Shown here piece after piece: positions 8,558-18,653 of a stretch of 51,393 nt of DNA. The notes under the pieces are model-generated. The model was not told where the DNA came from, made no database searches, and saw nothing but the letters and a program-made list of their open reading frames with translations. The stretch spans positions 1 through 51,393 of the forward strand of contig CAZCND010000001.1 of assembly GCA_964500195.1 (NCBI GenBank), in the 5' to 3' direction. A program made the position numbers and the translations under genes. The DNA comes from an uncultured Candidatus Saccharibacteria bacterium (GTDB taxonomy: Bacteria; Patescibacteriota; Minisyncoccia; Phycocordibacterales; UBA9973). Every line of letters begins with the position of its first letter. Positions within the stretch are counted from its first letter, which is position 1.

Positions 8558-8977
8558 TTAAATACTATTTTTAATTTCCTTGACTGTACCACCTATTGCC
8601 TCAGCAATGACAAAAGCACCTAATATAATAGCCGCTCCTATCAACACCCCCCCCATAGCTTTTTTTGCTTCTGTTAATTTTTCTTTATTCCCCTTAGCTG
8701 AAATAAACAGAAAACCAGTATAGATGATAGCAAAAGTTATAACCGGTATCCCTAATTTTACAATAAATTCTAACGCTTCTTTTATAAAAGAAGGGATATC
8801 TGTAATTTTATCACCAAGGGGATTTTCTATCCCTGTTTTTATACTAACATTATCTCCATCTGCTACAACATTACCGAAAGAAACACAGAATAAAGAAACA
8901 ATTAATACAAAAACCATACAATAATTTAAAAAGTAAAGGTGTAGACTATTTCTATTTTTTCTTATTTTTTCTAACAT
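8558..8977 (-). CDS. small two-TM membrane protein, VirB2/TrbC-pilin-like architecture (paralogue 4)
   Basis: 139 aa: N-terminal anchor, TM1, loop SAKGNKEKLTEAKKA, Gly/Ala-rich TM2. Confidence 0.65.
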   Translation of the reverse strand: MLEKIRKNRNSLHLYFLNYCMVFVLIVSLFCVSFGNVVADGDNVSIKTGIENPLGDKITDIPSFIKEALEFIVKLGIPVITFAIIYTGFLFISAKGNKEKLTEAKKAMGGVLIGAAIILGAFVIAEAIGGTVKEIKNSI

Positions 8978-8994
8978 ATAAATACAAATTATTA

Positions 8995-9444
8995 TTAAAT
9001 TAAAAACATTGGACCTTTATATCCTAGAACATTTAAAATAGTCTTAACTATTATCCAAGAAGTTAAAACAAGTGCAAAACCTTTTATTAAATTACCCATA
9101 ATTCCCTTGGCTTTTTTCTTGTTATCTGGTTTAGCTGACGAAGATAGATATAAAGAACCAGTAAAGATTAAAATAATAACAAAAAGGGGGGTAGCTAATT
9201 TAAGAATAAAAAAATCAATCAGCTTATTAATCATAGCCATAAGCGCATCTATTCCACAAGGATTATCATAATCCCCCGTTGTTTCATTTATAGTACCCTC
9301 ATTACATATCGGCAATAAACCGTGATATTCACTACCATCACTACGGTGACTAGGATAATAGACAGAGGATGTGGCATGAATACAAATTGGAGCCAGTGTT
9401 AGACTTAAGGAAAAAATAATTGGTATAAAAATATTTTTTTTCAT
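8995..9444 (-). CDS. small secreted two-TM membrane protein, VirB2/TrbC-pilin-like architecture (paralogue 5)
   Basis: 149 aa: signal peptide, Cys-containing ectodomain, TM1, loop SSSAKPDNKKKAKG, TM2. Confidence 0.65.
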   Translation of the reverse strand: MKKNIFIPIIFSLSLTLAPICIHATSSVYYPSHRSDGSEYHGLLPICNEGTINETTGDYDNPCGIDALMAMINKLIDFFILKLATPLFVIILIFTGSLYLSSSAKPDNKKKAKGIMGNLIKGFALVLTSWIIVKTILNVLGYKGPMFLI

Positions 9445-9449
9445 AATAA

Positions 9450-10766
9450 TTAATTAAATAATAATTCTAATTGGTTATTTGCCTTATCTATCGCTTCTGC
9501 TTGAGTTAGATTATTAGAAGAAATATTCTCAATCATATCTCTTATTATGATTTCTGACTTACTTTCGTTGGGATCAAGCCAAGACCTAGAAATAATAGCT
9601 GAATTAAAAAATATTTCTAAATAAGAATTATTTTTAGGAGTTTCAGATAATAAACTTCTTAAAACTGGGGGTAAAGAAGAACTAGTACTAATGATTTTAG
9701 ATTTTTCGTTTAATGCCAAACTACCCACAGTACTTACTGTTGCTTGTAAGTTTTTTGAATTTCTATTTACTACAATAGCATAAATTTCACCATAAGTTCT
9801 CTTGAAGTTAGTATCTTTCATCTGGGGTAACTCTGTTACATTAAAACTTAAATTAGGATTAGTGGACTGTATCTTAAACAATTCACTAGCCCTTCCTATA
9901 TAAAAAGTCAATTTACCACTTGTAAACATCTCTAAAGAATTAGATAAAGCTCTATTCCAAGAGTAGTACGGACTAGACATATTTGAAAAAACTAAATAAA
10001 AGTCTAGAACCGCCTGAATAGGAGAAACTGAATATCCAAGAGGGTTATCTTTCAAAAGAGAAGAATAACTTACCTTTCCATTATTTATTTTTTTACTAAC
10101 TATATTATTACCGTTTTGAATCAATAATGTTGCCAAAATATCCTTGGCATGATTTACATTATTAAAATTTCCAAGAGCAATCATGCTTTGACTAATTATT
10201 CCATTTACATCATTTCTTGTAAGTTTTTTGTTTAGGTCAAATAATTCATCCCAAGTTTTTGGGGGATTTAAAATTGAATTATTAGATAATATATCTTTAT
10301 TATAATAAAGGACTAGAGGATCAGATAAAATAGGAAAAGCAAATACACCCTGTTCGTCAAGGTATATTTCAGCTCCATCTATATAAGATGATTTAAAAGT
10401 TTTTTCAGGATAACTTTCATAAGGTATTTTATAAACGAAAGGTTCATTATCTTTAATCATGTCCGTAGTTATTATATAAGCATCAGGTCCTTGTCCTTTA
10501 GCAAAAGCATCTATTAATTCACCCTGGTAAGTTTCCTTATCCTTTTCAACATAATTAACAAACAAACCTTTATTTTCAGAAGCTATTAAATCTTTCGCTG
10601 TTGATATATAAGAAGAAGGCATTGTCCCCCAAATTACGACATTTCCAGAAACACCAAGATCTTTTTCCTTATCACCACCTATTTTTATCAATCCAGAAAA
10701 TATCAATATTGAAAAAACAAAACCCCCAATAAATATTCCCAATAAAATTGTTTGAAAGTTATTCAT
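9450..10766 (-). CDS. membrane-anchored extracellular solute-binding-protein-like protein
   Basis: 438 aa with an N-terminal TM anchor. Length and alternating pattern resemble family-1 (sugar-type) ABC binding proteins, but no cognate permease or ATPase is adjacent. Confidence 0.5.
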   Translation of the reverse strand: MNNFQTILLGIFIGGFVFSILIFSGLIKIGGDKEKDLGVSGNVVIWGTMPSSYISTAKDLIASENKGLFVNYVEKDKETYQGELIDAFAKGQGPDAYIITTDMIKDNEPFVYKIPYESYPEKTFKSSYIDGAEIYLDEQGVFAFPILSDPLVLYYNKDILSNNSILNPPKTWDELFDLNKKLTRNDVNGIISQSMIALGNFNNVNHAKDILATLLIQNGNNIVSKKINNGKVSYSSLLKDNPLGYSVSPIQAVLDFYLVFSNMSSPYYSWNRALSNSLEMFTSGKLTFYIGRASELFKIQSTNPNLSFNVTELPQMKDTNFKRTYGEIYAIVVNRNSKNLQATVSTVGSLALNEKSKIISTSSSLPPVLRSLLSETPKNNSYLEIFFNSAIISRSWLDPNESKSEIIIRDMIENISSNNLTQAEAIDKANNQLELLFN

Positions 10767-11290
10767 TATATTTTATATATTGCCCCAAAACTAAAAATAT
10801 CTGTTGGTATTTTTTTATCAAACTTAAATCCCCTCTTTTCAAATAATTCACGGGCTGATTCTTCCGTTAAAACTATATCAGATGATGTGCCCATACCATT
10901 AAAATCATTAGCGTGATCTATCAACAAAACCATTCCCGTTCTTTTTAAAATCCTTTTGGCCTCATCTATCATTCCAACCTTATCTTCTGCTTGAAACAAA
11001 ACATTCGCCATTACAACAGCATCCATGCCTTCATCAGCAATCATTGACCCACCACGGACCTCTGCATCTGCCCAAAGGTACTCAACGTTAGAAATATTTA
11101 AATGATTTAATTCTGTTTCTAATTTATTTAATAATTCCTTCTGTATTTCTATTGCATAGACTTTGCCAGTTACCCCAACTTTTTGGCTAAGAACCCTAGT
11201 GTAAAAACCCATTCCTGATCCAAACTCAGCTACTTTCATCCCTTCTTTTAATTCTAACTGGGCAATACTTTGTTCTATATTTGATTGCAT
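10766..11290 (-). CDS. class I SAM-dependent methyltransferase
   Basis: 174 aa with motif I VAEFGSGMGFYT and an acidic loop after beta-2 (AIEIQ). The start of the next gene overlaps its stop. Confidence 0.7.
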   Translation of the reverse strand: MQSNIEQSIAQLELKEGMKVAEFGSGMGFYTRVLSQKVGVTGKVYAIEIQKELLNKLETELNHLNISNVEYLWADAEVRGGSMIADEGMDAVVMANVLFQAEDKVGMIDEAKRILKRTGMVLLIDHANDFNGMGTSSDIVLTEESARELFEKRGFKFDKKIPTDIFSFGAIYKI

Positions 11291-11324
11291 AATTTTATAA
11301 TATAATTATAACAAATTAATAAAA

Positions 11325-13766
11325 TTAGAGAAACGTTATCGAAGCAATATTATCGCCAGCTCTTAACTTCATAATTGTAACCCCTTGAGTCTGTCTTCCA
11401 GAAGTTGGGATAGAATCTAGACTAACTCTAATTACTTGCCCCTTTTGAGAAACCGCTATTATCTCGCTCTCATCTTTAACTATTTTACCAACAATTAAAT
11501 TACCAGTTTTGGCTGTAACCTTAGCTGTTTTAATACCAGATCCTCCTCTTTTTTGGGTTTTATATTCTTTAATATTAGTTTTTTTACCTAAGCCGTTTGC
11601 CCCCAATGTCAAAATAGAAGAATCTTCTCCCTTTAAAATGCGATCCACTCCAACAACAAAATCTCCCTTGGCTAATTTTATAGCTCTTACCCCTCCTGCA
11701 CTTCGTCCCATTTGTCTAACATCACTTTCTTTAAATCTTATTGACTGACCCAAAGAAGTAATAAGCATGATATCATCGCCCTTGTTTGTGGTGAGCACTG
11801 ACTGAAGCTCGTCATCTTTATCTAATTTAATAGCAATCAAACCACTCCTCCTGACATCACTAAAACTAGAAGCTTCTACTTTTTTAGCTACTCCTTTTCT
11901 TGTTACTAAAGTCAAACATTCTGTGTTTTTCTTTGTCTCTTTATCTACAGGCAAAATCGAGGTAACTTTTTCATCATCACCTAAAGATAAGAAATTCATA
12001 ATTGATTTTCCTTTTGTAGCTCTTTTACCTTCAGGTATATCATACATTTTTATTTGATAGGCTTTTCCGTGATTGGTAAAGAATAATAAATCACTATGAG
12101 TATTAGCTGTAACTAGTGTGGTCACAAAATCTTCTTCTTTTGGTTCAATATCAATAACCCCAACTCCTCCTCTTCTTTGAGTTCGGTACTCTGAGGGGTC
12201 AGTCCTTTTAACATAACCCCCCTTAGTAAAGACAAGCACTGATTCTTTTTCTGGAATTAAATCTTCTTCGCTAATAGCCTTAACTCCACCTTTAACAACC
12301 CTCGTTCTTCTTTGATCCCCATATTTTTCTTTAATTAAAGATAATTCATCACTAATAACTTTCATCATCTTTTTTGGGCTAGCTAACAATGATTCTAACT
12401 CTTTAATTAAAGCTTGTTTTTCAGCTAATTCTAATTCTACATTTTTCCTTTCTAATCCAGCTAATTTTTGGAGTTTCATTTCAAGAATAGCAGTAGCCTG
12501 CAAATCAGAAAACTTGAACTCTTTCATTAAGTTAACTTTGGCAACAGCAGTATCCTTAGATGCTCTAATCAAACTAATAACTTTATCAATATGATCAAGA
12601 GCTTTTTTCAAACCAAGCAATATGTGCTCTCTGTCTTTAGCTTTTCTTAAATCAAACTCAGTCCTCCTCCGAACCACAACCTCTCGATGAGTTATAAATT
12701 CAGACAACAAACTCTTGAGAGATAGTGTCTTTGGTACACCGTCAACCAAAGCAACAATGTTAAAGTTAAAAGATTGTTCTAGCTGGGTGTGTTTGTATAT
12801 GTAATTTAAAACCTTCTCTGGGATAACTCCGTTTTTAAGGTCAATAGCAATTCTGATATCTTTTGTGGATTCATCTCGCAACCCTTTAATTTCTGTTATT
12901 TTTTTATCTTGAATCAATTGCGCTATTGATTCTATTAAAGTAGCCTTGTTCACGCGATAAGGAATAGAAGTGATAATTATTTGAAAAACTCCATTTTTCT
13001 GTTCTATAATTTCCGCTTCTCCTCTTGTTACAACCCCACCCCTTCCTGTTGAGTAAGCATGTATTAAATCATTTTGACCATAAACAACTCCTCCCATAGG
13101 AAAATCCGGCCCTTTTATAAATTGCATTAAATCTTCTGTGGAAGCATCTTTATTATCTATTAAATGAATAGTGGCATCTATAACTTCACTTAAATTATGG
13201 GGTGGAATATTCGTCGCCATTCCTACCGCAATTCCCAAAGTTCCATTTAAAAGTAAACTAGGAACAGCCGTAGGTAAAACCTTTGGCTCTTTTCTTGTTT
13301 GATCATAGTTGGGAGAAAAATCTACAGTTTCTTTTTCTAAATCTAAAAGTAAAAGAGAGGAAATTTTTGACATTTTCGCTTCAGTATAACGCATAGCCGC
13401 AGCCCCATCTCCATCAATAGAGCCAAAGTTTCCTTGTCCATGAACTAAAGGATATCGATATGAAAAATCTTGGGCCATATTAACCATGGAATCATAAACT
13501 GCTACATCTCCATGTGGATGATATTTTCCAAGCACATCTCCAACAACAGCAGCACTTTTACGGAATCTCCCTTGGTGAGTTAGACCCATCTCGTTCATAG
13601 CAAACAAAATACGACGATGAACCGGTTTTAAACCATCTCGAACATCAGGCAAGGCTCTATCCGTAATAACAGACATTGCGTAATCAATAAAAGACTCCTT
13701 CATTTCAGAGCTTATTTCAACCGGAATCATTTTATCCTTTTTTATTTCTTCTTCTTTTTTTATCAT
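11325..13766 (-). CDS. gyrA: DNA gyrase subunit A
   Basis: 813 aa with [29 protein letters not shown], active-site region [10 protein letters not shown], and C-terminal repeated beta-pinwheel blades. Confidence 0.95.
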   Translation of the reverse strand: MIKKEEEIKKDKMIPVEISSEMKESFIDYAMSVITDRALPDVRDGLKPVHRRILFAMNEMGLTHQGRFRKSAAVVGDVLGKYHPHGDVAVYDSMVNMAQDFSYRYPLVHGQGNFGSIDGDGAAAMRYTEAKMSKISSLLLLDLEKETVDFSPNYDQTRKEPKVLPTAVPSLLLNGTLGIAVGMATNIPPHNLSEVIDATIHLIDNKDASTEDLMQFIKGPDFPMGGVVYGQNDLIHAYSTGRGGVVTRGEAEIIEQKNGVFQIIITSIPYRVNKATLIESIAQLIQDKKITEIKGLRDESTKDIRIAIDLKNGVIPEKVLNYIYKHTQLEQSFNFNIVALVDGVPKTLSLKSLLSEFITHREVVVRRRTEFDLRKAKDREHILLGLKKALDHIDKVISLIRASKDTAVAKVNLMKEFKFSDLQATAILEMKLQKLAGLERKNVELELAEKQALIKELESLLASPKKMMKVISDELSLIKEKYGDQRRTRVVKGGVKAISEEDLIPEKESVLVFTKGGYVKRTDPSEYRTQRRGGVGVIDIEPKEEDFVTTLVTANTHSDLLFFTNHGKAYQIKMYDIPEGKRATKGKSIMNFLSLGDDEKVTSILPVDKETKKNTECLTLVTRKGVAKKVEASSFSDVRRSGLIAIKLDKDDELQSVLTTNKGDDIMLITSLGQSIRFKESDVRQMGRSAGGVRAIKLAKGDFVVGVDRILKGEDSSILTLGANGLGKKTNIKEYKTQKRGGSGIKTAKVTAKTGNLIVGKIVKDESEIIAVSQKGQVIRVSLDSIPTSGRQTQGVTIMKLRAGDNIASITFL

Positions 13767-13772
13767 AATTTA

Positions 13773-14102
13773 TTAATCTTTTATTGGATTTAATTCTATG
13801 GTCTCCTTATCTAAAGAAACTCCGTCTTTTATATTTTTAAAAGTTTTACCCAAATCACCTAAACTAGCTGACAGATCTGAATATTTTTCTTTCATGCTTT
13901 GCCCAAACATTGAAAATGGTTTAATTGTCTCTTCTACCCCTACAACATTTTTTTTGTCTCCTTCTTTTCTTCCAGTAATACCCACAACCCATATTAAGAC
14001 AACTAAAGACATTGAAACAACCATCGAAACAGCTAACATCATCTTCCTTGTTTCTTCTCTCTTTGAACGCAACCTTCTTATAAAAGATATAATTCTGTCC
14101 AT
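13773..14102 (-). CDS. small membrane protein, unknown function
   Basis: 109 aa with one TM helix (MMLAVSMVVSMSLVVLIWVV). Its stop lies 6 nt before the gyrA ATG. Confidence 0.5.
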   Translation of the reverse strand: MDRIISFIRRLRSKREETRKMMLAVSMVVSMSLVVLIWVVGITGRKEGDKKNVVGVEETIKPFSMFGQSMKEKYSDLSASLGDLGKTFKNIKDGVSLDKETIELNPIKD

Positions 14103-14113
14103 ATCAATTTAAA

Positions 14114-14740
14114 TTAACTTGATAAAACAACGACTTCACCTTCACGACCCAATAAATCTTTTGCTTTTAAGGTTAACTTTTCTACTGGCTTAACATTTTC
14201 CTGCCCCGCTTCTTTCAAAAATAATTTCAAAGATTTTTCATCATAATCCATCGGTATAATAATTTTAGGTTCAATGGACGTAGCTAGCTTGTAGGCTTCT
14301 ACTGGATCTATTAAATCAGATCCACCTATTGGTAAAAACAAAATATCAGGAGTATCTATTTTCTCTAAAATATCAGGCCCCAATTTATCCGGAGATAGCG
14401 TACCTAAAAAACAAATAGAAATATTGTCTATGGTTAAATTGTAAATCGTATTAACAAACTTCTGTCCAGAAAGAACAACATTTGACTGAAATCCATTTAC
14501 TATAATATTCTTAACCTCATAACTTCCTGCTCCATAAATCTCAAAAGGAGCAGTATCACCATGAGAAACCATCTCAAAACCATTGTAGTCTTCGTGGTTT
14601 GTTGTCGATAATGCTATATCTGATCCAAACTTAGATATTTTAGAAGATAATTTAGATTCCTTGCTTACCGGATTAAAAGCCACAGTCAAATCACCCTGAC
14701 CTATTTTGAAAAATTGCTTGCCTAAATATGTTATTATCAT
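14114..14740 (-). CDS. MBL-fold (UPF0173-like) hydrolase-like protein
   Basis: 208 aa starting MIITYLGKQFFKI. The position of the HxHxDH motif reads TTNHEDYNG (degenerate), so activity is uncertain. Confidence 0.5.
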   Translation of the reverse strand: MIITYLGKQFFKIGQGDLTVAFNPVSKESKLSSKISKFGSDIALSTTNHEDYNGFEMVSHGDTAPFEIYGAGSYEVKNIIVNGFQSNVVLSGQKFVNTIYNLTIDNISICFLGTLSPDKLGPDILEKIDTPDILFLPIGGSDLIDPVEAYKLATSIEPKIIIPMDYDEKSLKLFLKEAGQENVKPVEKLTLKAKDLLGREGEVVVLSS

Positions 14741-14796
14741 TTTTCAATTATATCAGATTTCGATAAAAAGATAAAGAAAAAATGGACATTTTGCTC

Positions 14797-14918
14797 TTGA
14801 TTTTATTCTTTTTATATATTATAGTGAGAACATTATAAGCTCGGATTGGAGATTAACCCTTATTGACTTTATAAGTTAAATAAGAAACCCAAACCGCGCC
14901 GCACGAAGCGGTTTTTTT
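14797..14918 (+). promoter_or_regulatory. promoter plus structured leader with a terminator-like hairpin upstream of the rpsA-like gene
   Basis: TTGATT (14797-14802), 17-nt spacer, TATAGT (14820-14825). About 90 nt downstream, AAACCGC/GCGGTTT hairpin (14891-14914) plus a T run ends 6 nt before ATG 14924. Confidence 0.5.
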
Positions 14919-14923
14919 ATTAT

Positions 14924-16051
14924 ATGAGTAAAATAAACGAAGAAAAAGACACAGTTGAAGATAAGATAAAAACAGAAGGAGCTGTAAACAAAAATTTAGA
15001 AAAAGTGGAAATGCCTCCTGTTGTAGAAGCATTAGTAGAAGGTCCAGTTATCTCTATTCAAAAATCTTCTGTCTTCATAGATTTAGCTCCATTTGGAACT
15101 GGAATAATTTATGGAAGGGAGTTTATCAACGCTAAAGAGATTATCAAAAAAATTAATATTGGTGATACTGTTAAAGCTAAAATAGTAGATACAGACAATG
15201 AAGATGGTTATATTGAATTATCTCTAAAAGAGGCTCGCCAAGCATTAATATGGAACGAAGCTGAAAAAGCCATCAAGACTAAAACACCTCTTGAGCTTAC
15301 CGTTAAAGAAGCTAACAAGGGAGGATTAATCTTGGAGTGGCAAGGAATCGCTGGTTTTCTTCCTGCTAGTCAACTAAAAAGCGAACACTACCCAAGAGTT
15401 GAAGATTCTGATAAAGATAAAATATTAAAAGCCTTAAAACTTTTAATCGGGCAAAGAATAAATGTCATTATGATATCAGCATTACCAAAAGAAGGTAAAT
15501 TAATCTTTTCTGAAAAAGACAACAACCCAGAGGAAAGAAAAGAAATCATAGGCAAATACAATGTCGATGATGAATTAGAATGTGAAGTTGCAGGAATAGT
15601 AGATTTCGGAATCTTCCTAAAATTAGAAGATGGATTGGAAGGTCTAGTTCACATATCAGAAATAGACTGGGGGCTAGTTGAAGACCCAAGAGCTATGTTT
15701 AAGGTTGAAGATAAAGTAAAAGCTAAAATAATAGAAATTAAAGAAGGAAAAATTTCCCTATCAATTAAAGCTCTAAAAGAAAATCCTTGGAAAGAATTTG
15801 AGGACACTCTAAAGAAAGGAGATATAGTTTCTGGAGTGGTTATTAAATTCAATAAACATGGAGCTTTGGTTTCTATCAAACAAGGAGTCGCTGGTTTAGT
15901 ACACAATTCTAGTTTTGGATCAGAAGAGAAGCTAAGAAGTACACTAGAGTTAGGTAAAAACTACAACTTCCAAGTCACTCTCTTTGAACCAAGAGACCAA
16001 AGAATGACATTGATATATTTAGACGGAACTAAAAAAGAAGAGAAGGAATAA
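14924..16051 (+). CDS. rpsA: 30S ribosomal protein S1-like (four S1/OB repeats)
   Basis: 375 aa with four repeats of the S1 motif (GDTVKAKIVD, GQRINVIMIS, ECEVAGIVDFGIFLKL..GLVHISE, GDIVSGVVIKFNKHGALVSI). Confidence 0.85.
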   Translation: MSKINEEKDTVEDKIKTEGAVNKNLEKVEMPPVVEALVEGPVISIQKSSVFIDLAPFGTGIIYGREFINAKEIIKKINIGDTVKAKIVDTDNEDGYIELSLKEARQALIWNEAEKAIKTKTPLELTVKEANKGGLILEWQGIAGFLPASQLKSEHYPRVEDSDKDKILKALKLLIGQRINVIMISALPKEGKLIFSEKDNNPEERKEIIGKYNVDDELECEVAGIVDFGIFLKLEDGLEGLVHISEIDWGLVEDPRAMFKVEDKVKAKIIEIKEGKISLSIKALKENPWKEFEDTLKKGDIVSGVVIKFNKHGALVSIKQGVAGLVHNSSFGSEEKLRSTLELGKNYNFQVTLFEPRDQRMTLIYLDGTKKEEKE

Positions 16052-16071
16052 GATAATAAGAAATTAAAAAA

Positions 16072-16101
16072 ACAGAGACTTAACCAAGTCTCTGTTTTTT
16101 T
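16072..16101. terminator. bidirectional intrinsic terminator between rpsA and pth
   Basis: ACAGAGACT / AGTCTCTGT hairpin with an A run before it and a T run after it. Confidence 0.75.
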
Positions 16102-16684
16102 AATTAAAGATAGACATGGCTTTGTCTTTTCCTTCTCTTGATATTAATTCAAGAACTTCTGCTATTTGTTCTGACATTTTTTTTAGTTGCTTGAGCTCTT
16201 CTTCTTTAAAATTACCAAGCAAAAATTTAAGAACAGCCTCTTCTCCCTTTGGTTTCTTCGTTTTTCCACCAGCAGTCTTTCCAGAAATTCCTACTCTTAT
16301 CCTCAGAAATTCTTGAGATTTAACTTTTTTAATAATGGAGTTAAGCCCATTGTGACCTCCAGAACTTTTATTAAAAGAAATTTTATAAGATCCAAAAGGT
16401 AAATCTATATCGTCATAAACAACAACCAATTTAGGTAATTTCTTTTTATCATCAACAAAGAAAGAAACGGCATTACCAGAATTATTCATAAAAGTATTAG
16501 GGATAATAAAATCAAACTTTTCTCCCTCGATTTCCCCTTTTGCTTTTTCTAGTTTATATTTAGATTCATTTTTCCAATCTGAAAAATTATTTTTTCGAGC
16601 AATTTCCTGCAAAATTATCCGACCAGTATTGTGACGGCTCTTAATATATTCTTCTCCAGGATTTCCCAATCCAACTATTATCAT
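16100..16684 (-). CDS. pth: peptidyl-tRNA hydrolase
   Basis: MIIVGLGNPGEEYIKSRHNTGR start. TGGTATAAT lies 7 nt upstream of ATG 16684. The longer ORF up to 16891 would overlap lepB and adds only a non-homologous extension. Confidence 0.88.
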   Translation of the reverse strand: MIIVGLGNPGEEYIKSRHNTGRIILQEIARKNNFSDWKNESKYKLEKAKGEIEGEKFDFIIPNTFMNNSGNAVSFFVDDKKKLPKLVVVYDDIDLPFGSYKISFNKSSGGHNGLNSIIKKVKSQEFLRIRVGISGKTAGGKTKKPKGEEAVLKFLLGNFKEEELKQLKKMSEQIAEVLELISREGKDKAMSIFN

Positions 16685-16781
16685 AGATTTTATTATACCA
16701 CACAAAATTTTCTCCAAAAAACAATAAAACACGGCTCTGCCTATTTTGTCAATATTAATATTGTGATAGAATATTGATTGT

Positions 16782-17357
16782 ATGAAAAATGAAATTGATT
16801 TAAAAAATAAAAAGAAAGCAGATGGAGTTTGGGATCTTATTAAATTTGTTATTTTGGCTATTATCATTGTTATGCCAATAAGGATGTTCATTGCTCAACC
16901 TTTTGTAGTTAGTGGAGAATCCATGTTCCCTACTTTTAAAGATAAAGAATATCTAATAATTGATGAAATTTCTTACCTCACCGGAGAACCAAGACGAGGA
17001 GATGTGATAGTCTTTCGCTATCCCAACGACACTAAAAGATTTTTTATAAAAAGAGTTATTGGATTACCAAACGAAACTATTGTTATAGACAATGGAAAAA
17101 TAAAAATAATTAATGATCTTAACCCAGAAGGTTTTTTACTAGAAGAGCCATATATAAATGAGGTATTTGATACTACTTCAGCATACCAAACTGGTGAAAA
17201 AGAATTTTTTGTCTTAGGAGATAATAGAAATAAAAGTTCAGACTCTAGGTTTTGGGGAATCTTACCCAGAAAACTAATTGTGGGTAGAGCCTATTTAAGA
17301 TTATTACCAATTAAAAATATTTCCTATTTACCAGGAAGTATAGAAAGTGAAAAATAA
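16782..17357 (+). CDS. lepB: signal peptidase I
   Basis: SGESMFPT (catalytic Ser), GDVIVFRYP, KRVIGLPNE (Lys), GDNRNKSSDSRFWG. Confidence 0.9.
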   Translation: MKNEIDLKNKKKADGVWDLIKFVILAIIIVMPIRMFIAQPFVVSGESMFPTFKDKEYLIIDEISYLTGEPRRGDVIVFRYPNDTKRFFIKRVIGLPNETIVIDNGKIKIINDLNPEGFLLEEPYINEVFDTTSAYQTGEKEFFVLGDNRNKSSDSRFWGILPRKLIVGRAYLRLLPIKNISYLPGSIESEK

Positions 17358-17358
17358 A

Positions 17359-18645
17359 ATGGATAAAAAGAAAACAAACAAAGGCCCCTATTTCTCAGTC
17401 AAAGGAATGAGAGATATTCAAGATGATTTATTTTATCAATTTCAAGGTTTTTTTGAAAAAGCCCAAGAGGTTGCTATGTACTATGGTTTTAAACCACTAG
17501 AAACCCCTATTGTCGAAGATAAAGATGTTTTTTCTTCTATTGGAGAAGGAACAGATATCGTCGATAAAGAAATGTACACACTAAAGACAAAAGGTGGTGA
17601 CCAGTTAGCCTTAAGACCAGAACACACAGCAGGAACAATGAGAAGTTATATCGAACTTGGTATGCAATCACTCCCTCAGCCACAAATGTTTTATAATTTT
17701 GGACCAATCTTTAGACACGACGCACCTCAAAAAGGACGCTATCGACAATTTTATCAATTTGATATGGATATTCTTGGAAGTGAAAAAAGTATTTTGGATG
17801 CATTGGTTATAAAAACCGCCATGACTATTTTGAACGAAGCAGGAGCTAAGGACATATCTGTTGAAATTAATTCAATTGGAGACAAAGAATGTCGTAGTGC
17901 TTACATCAAAGAACTCTCTTCTTTTTATCGTAAAAACATAAATCAATTATCCACAATAGACAGGGAAAGATTAAAAACTAACCCTCTTAGAATTCTTGAT
18001 TCAAAAGAAGAAAAAACGATTGAATTAAATCAAAGCGCTCCAGATACTCTCTCTCATCTTTGCCCAGCTTGTAAAAAACACTTTAAAGAAGTTTTAGAAT
18101 ATTTGGAAGAATCAGGTATTCCTTACAACATTAATAAATGTTTAGTTAGAGGCTTGTCATATTACACCAGAACTGTTTTTGAAATAGTTGAGGAAGACAA
18201 AGAAACAGGACGAAAAATTGCAATAACTGGTGGTGGTAGATATGACTACCTAGGTAAACAATTAGGTAGCAAAAAAGATATCCCCGCTGTTGGTATTTCT
18301 TTTGGAGTTGATAGAATAGTTGAAGCCCCTTGGTTTGCTAATCTAGCCCCAAGAATAATGAAAAAACCAAAAATATATTTCATTCAATTAGGCTTTGACG
18401 CCAAGCTTAAATCTTTAAACATTATAGAAATATTAAGAAAAGGAAAAGTTCCAATAGCTCAATCAATATCTAAAGATAATTTGAGCGCGCAACTTGCAAC
18501 AGCTGAGAAATTAGGTATGCCTTATGCTATTATCTTCGGACAAAAAGAAGCTTTAGAAAATTCTGTAATATTCCGAAACATGAGCAACCGATCACAAGAA
18601 ATAGTAAAAATTGACAAGCTTCTAGACTACATAAAGTCTCTTTAA
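17359..18645 (+). CDS. hisS: histidine--tRNA ligase
   Basis: VKGMRD, LRPEHTAGTMRSY, FRHDAPQKGRYRQFYQFD, GGGRYD. ATG 17359 lies 1 nt after the lepB stop; an alternative GTG start is at 17347. Confidence 0.9.
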   Translation: MDKKKTNKGPYFSVKGMRDIQDDLFYQFQGFFEKAQEVAMYYGFKPLETPIVEDKDVFSSIGEGTDIVDKEMYTLKTKGGDQLALRPEHTAGTMRSYIELGMQSLPQPQMFYNFGPIFRHDAPQKGRYRQFYQFDMDILGSEKSILDALVIKTAMTILNEAGAKDISVEINSIGDKECRSAYIKELSSFYRKNINQLSTIDRERLKTNPLRILDSKEEKTIELNQSAPDTLSHLCPACKKHFKEVLEYLEESGIPYNINKCLVRGLSYYTRTVFEIVEEDKETGRKIAITGGGRYDYLGKQLGSKKDIPAVGISFGVDRIVEAPWFANLAPRIMKKPKIYFIQLGFDAKLKSLNIIEILRKGKVPIAQSISKDNLSAQLATAEKLGMPYAIIFGQKEALENSVIFRNMSNRSQEIVKIDKLLDYIKSL

Positions 18646-18653
18646 TAAAACGT

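Noticed and set aside
16685-16891. N-terminal 69-codon extension of the pth ORF
   Set aside because: The homologous Pth sequence begins at MIIVGLGNPG (16684), with a TGGTATAAT box 7 nt upstream. The extension would overlap the lepB start and promoter.
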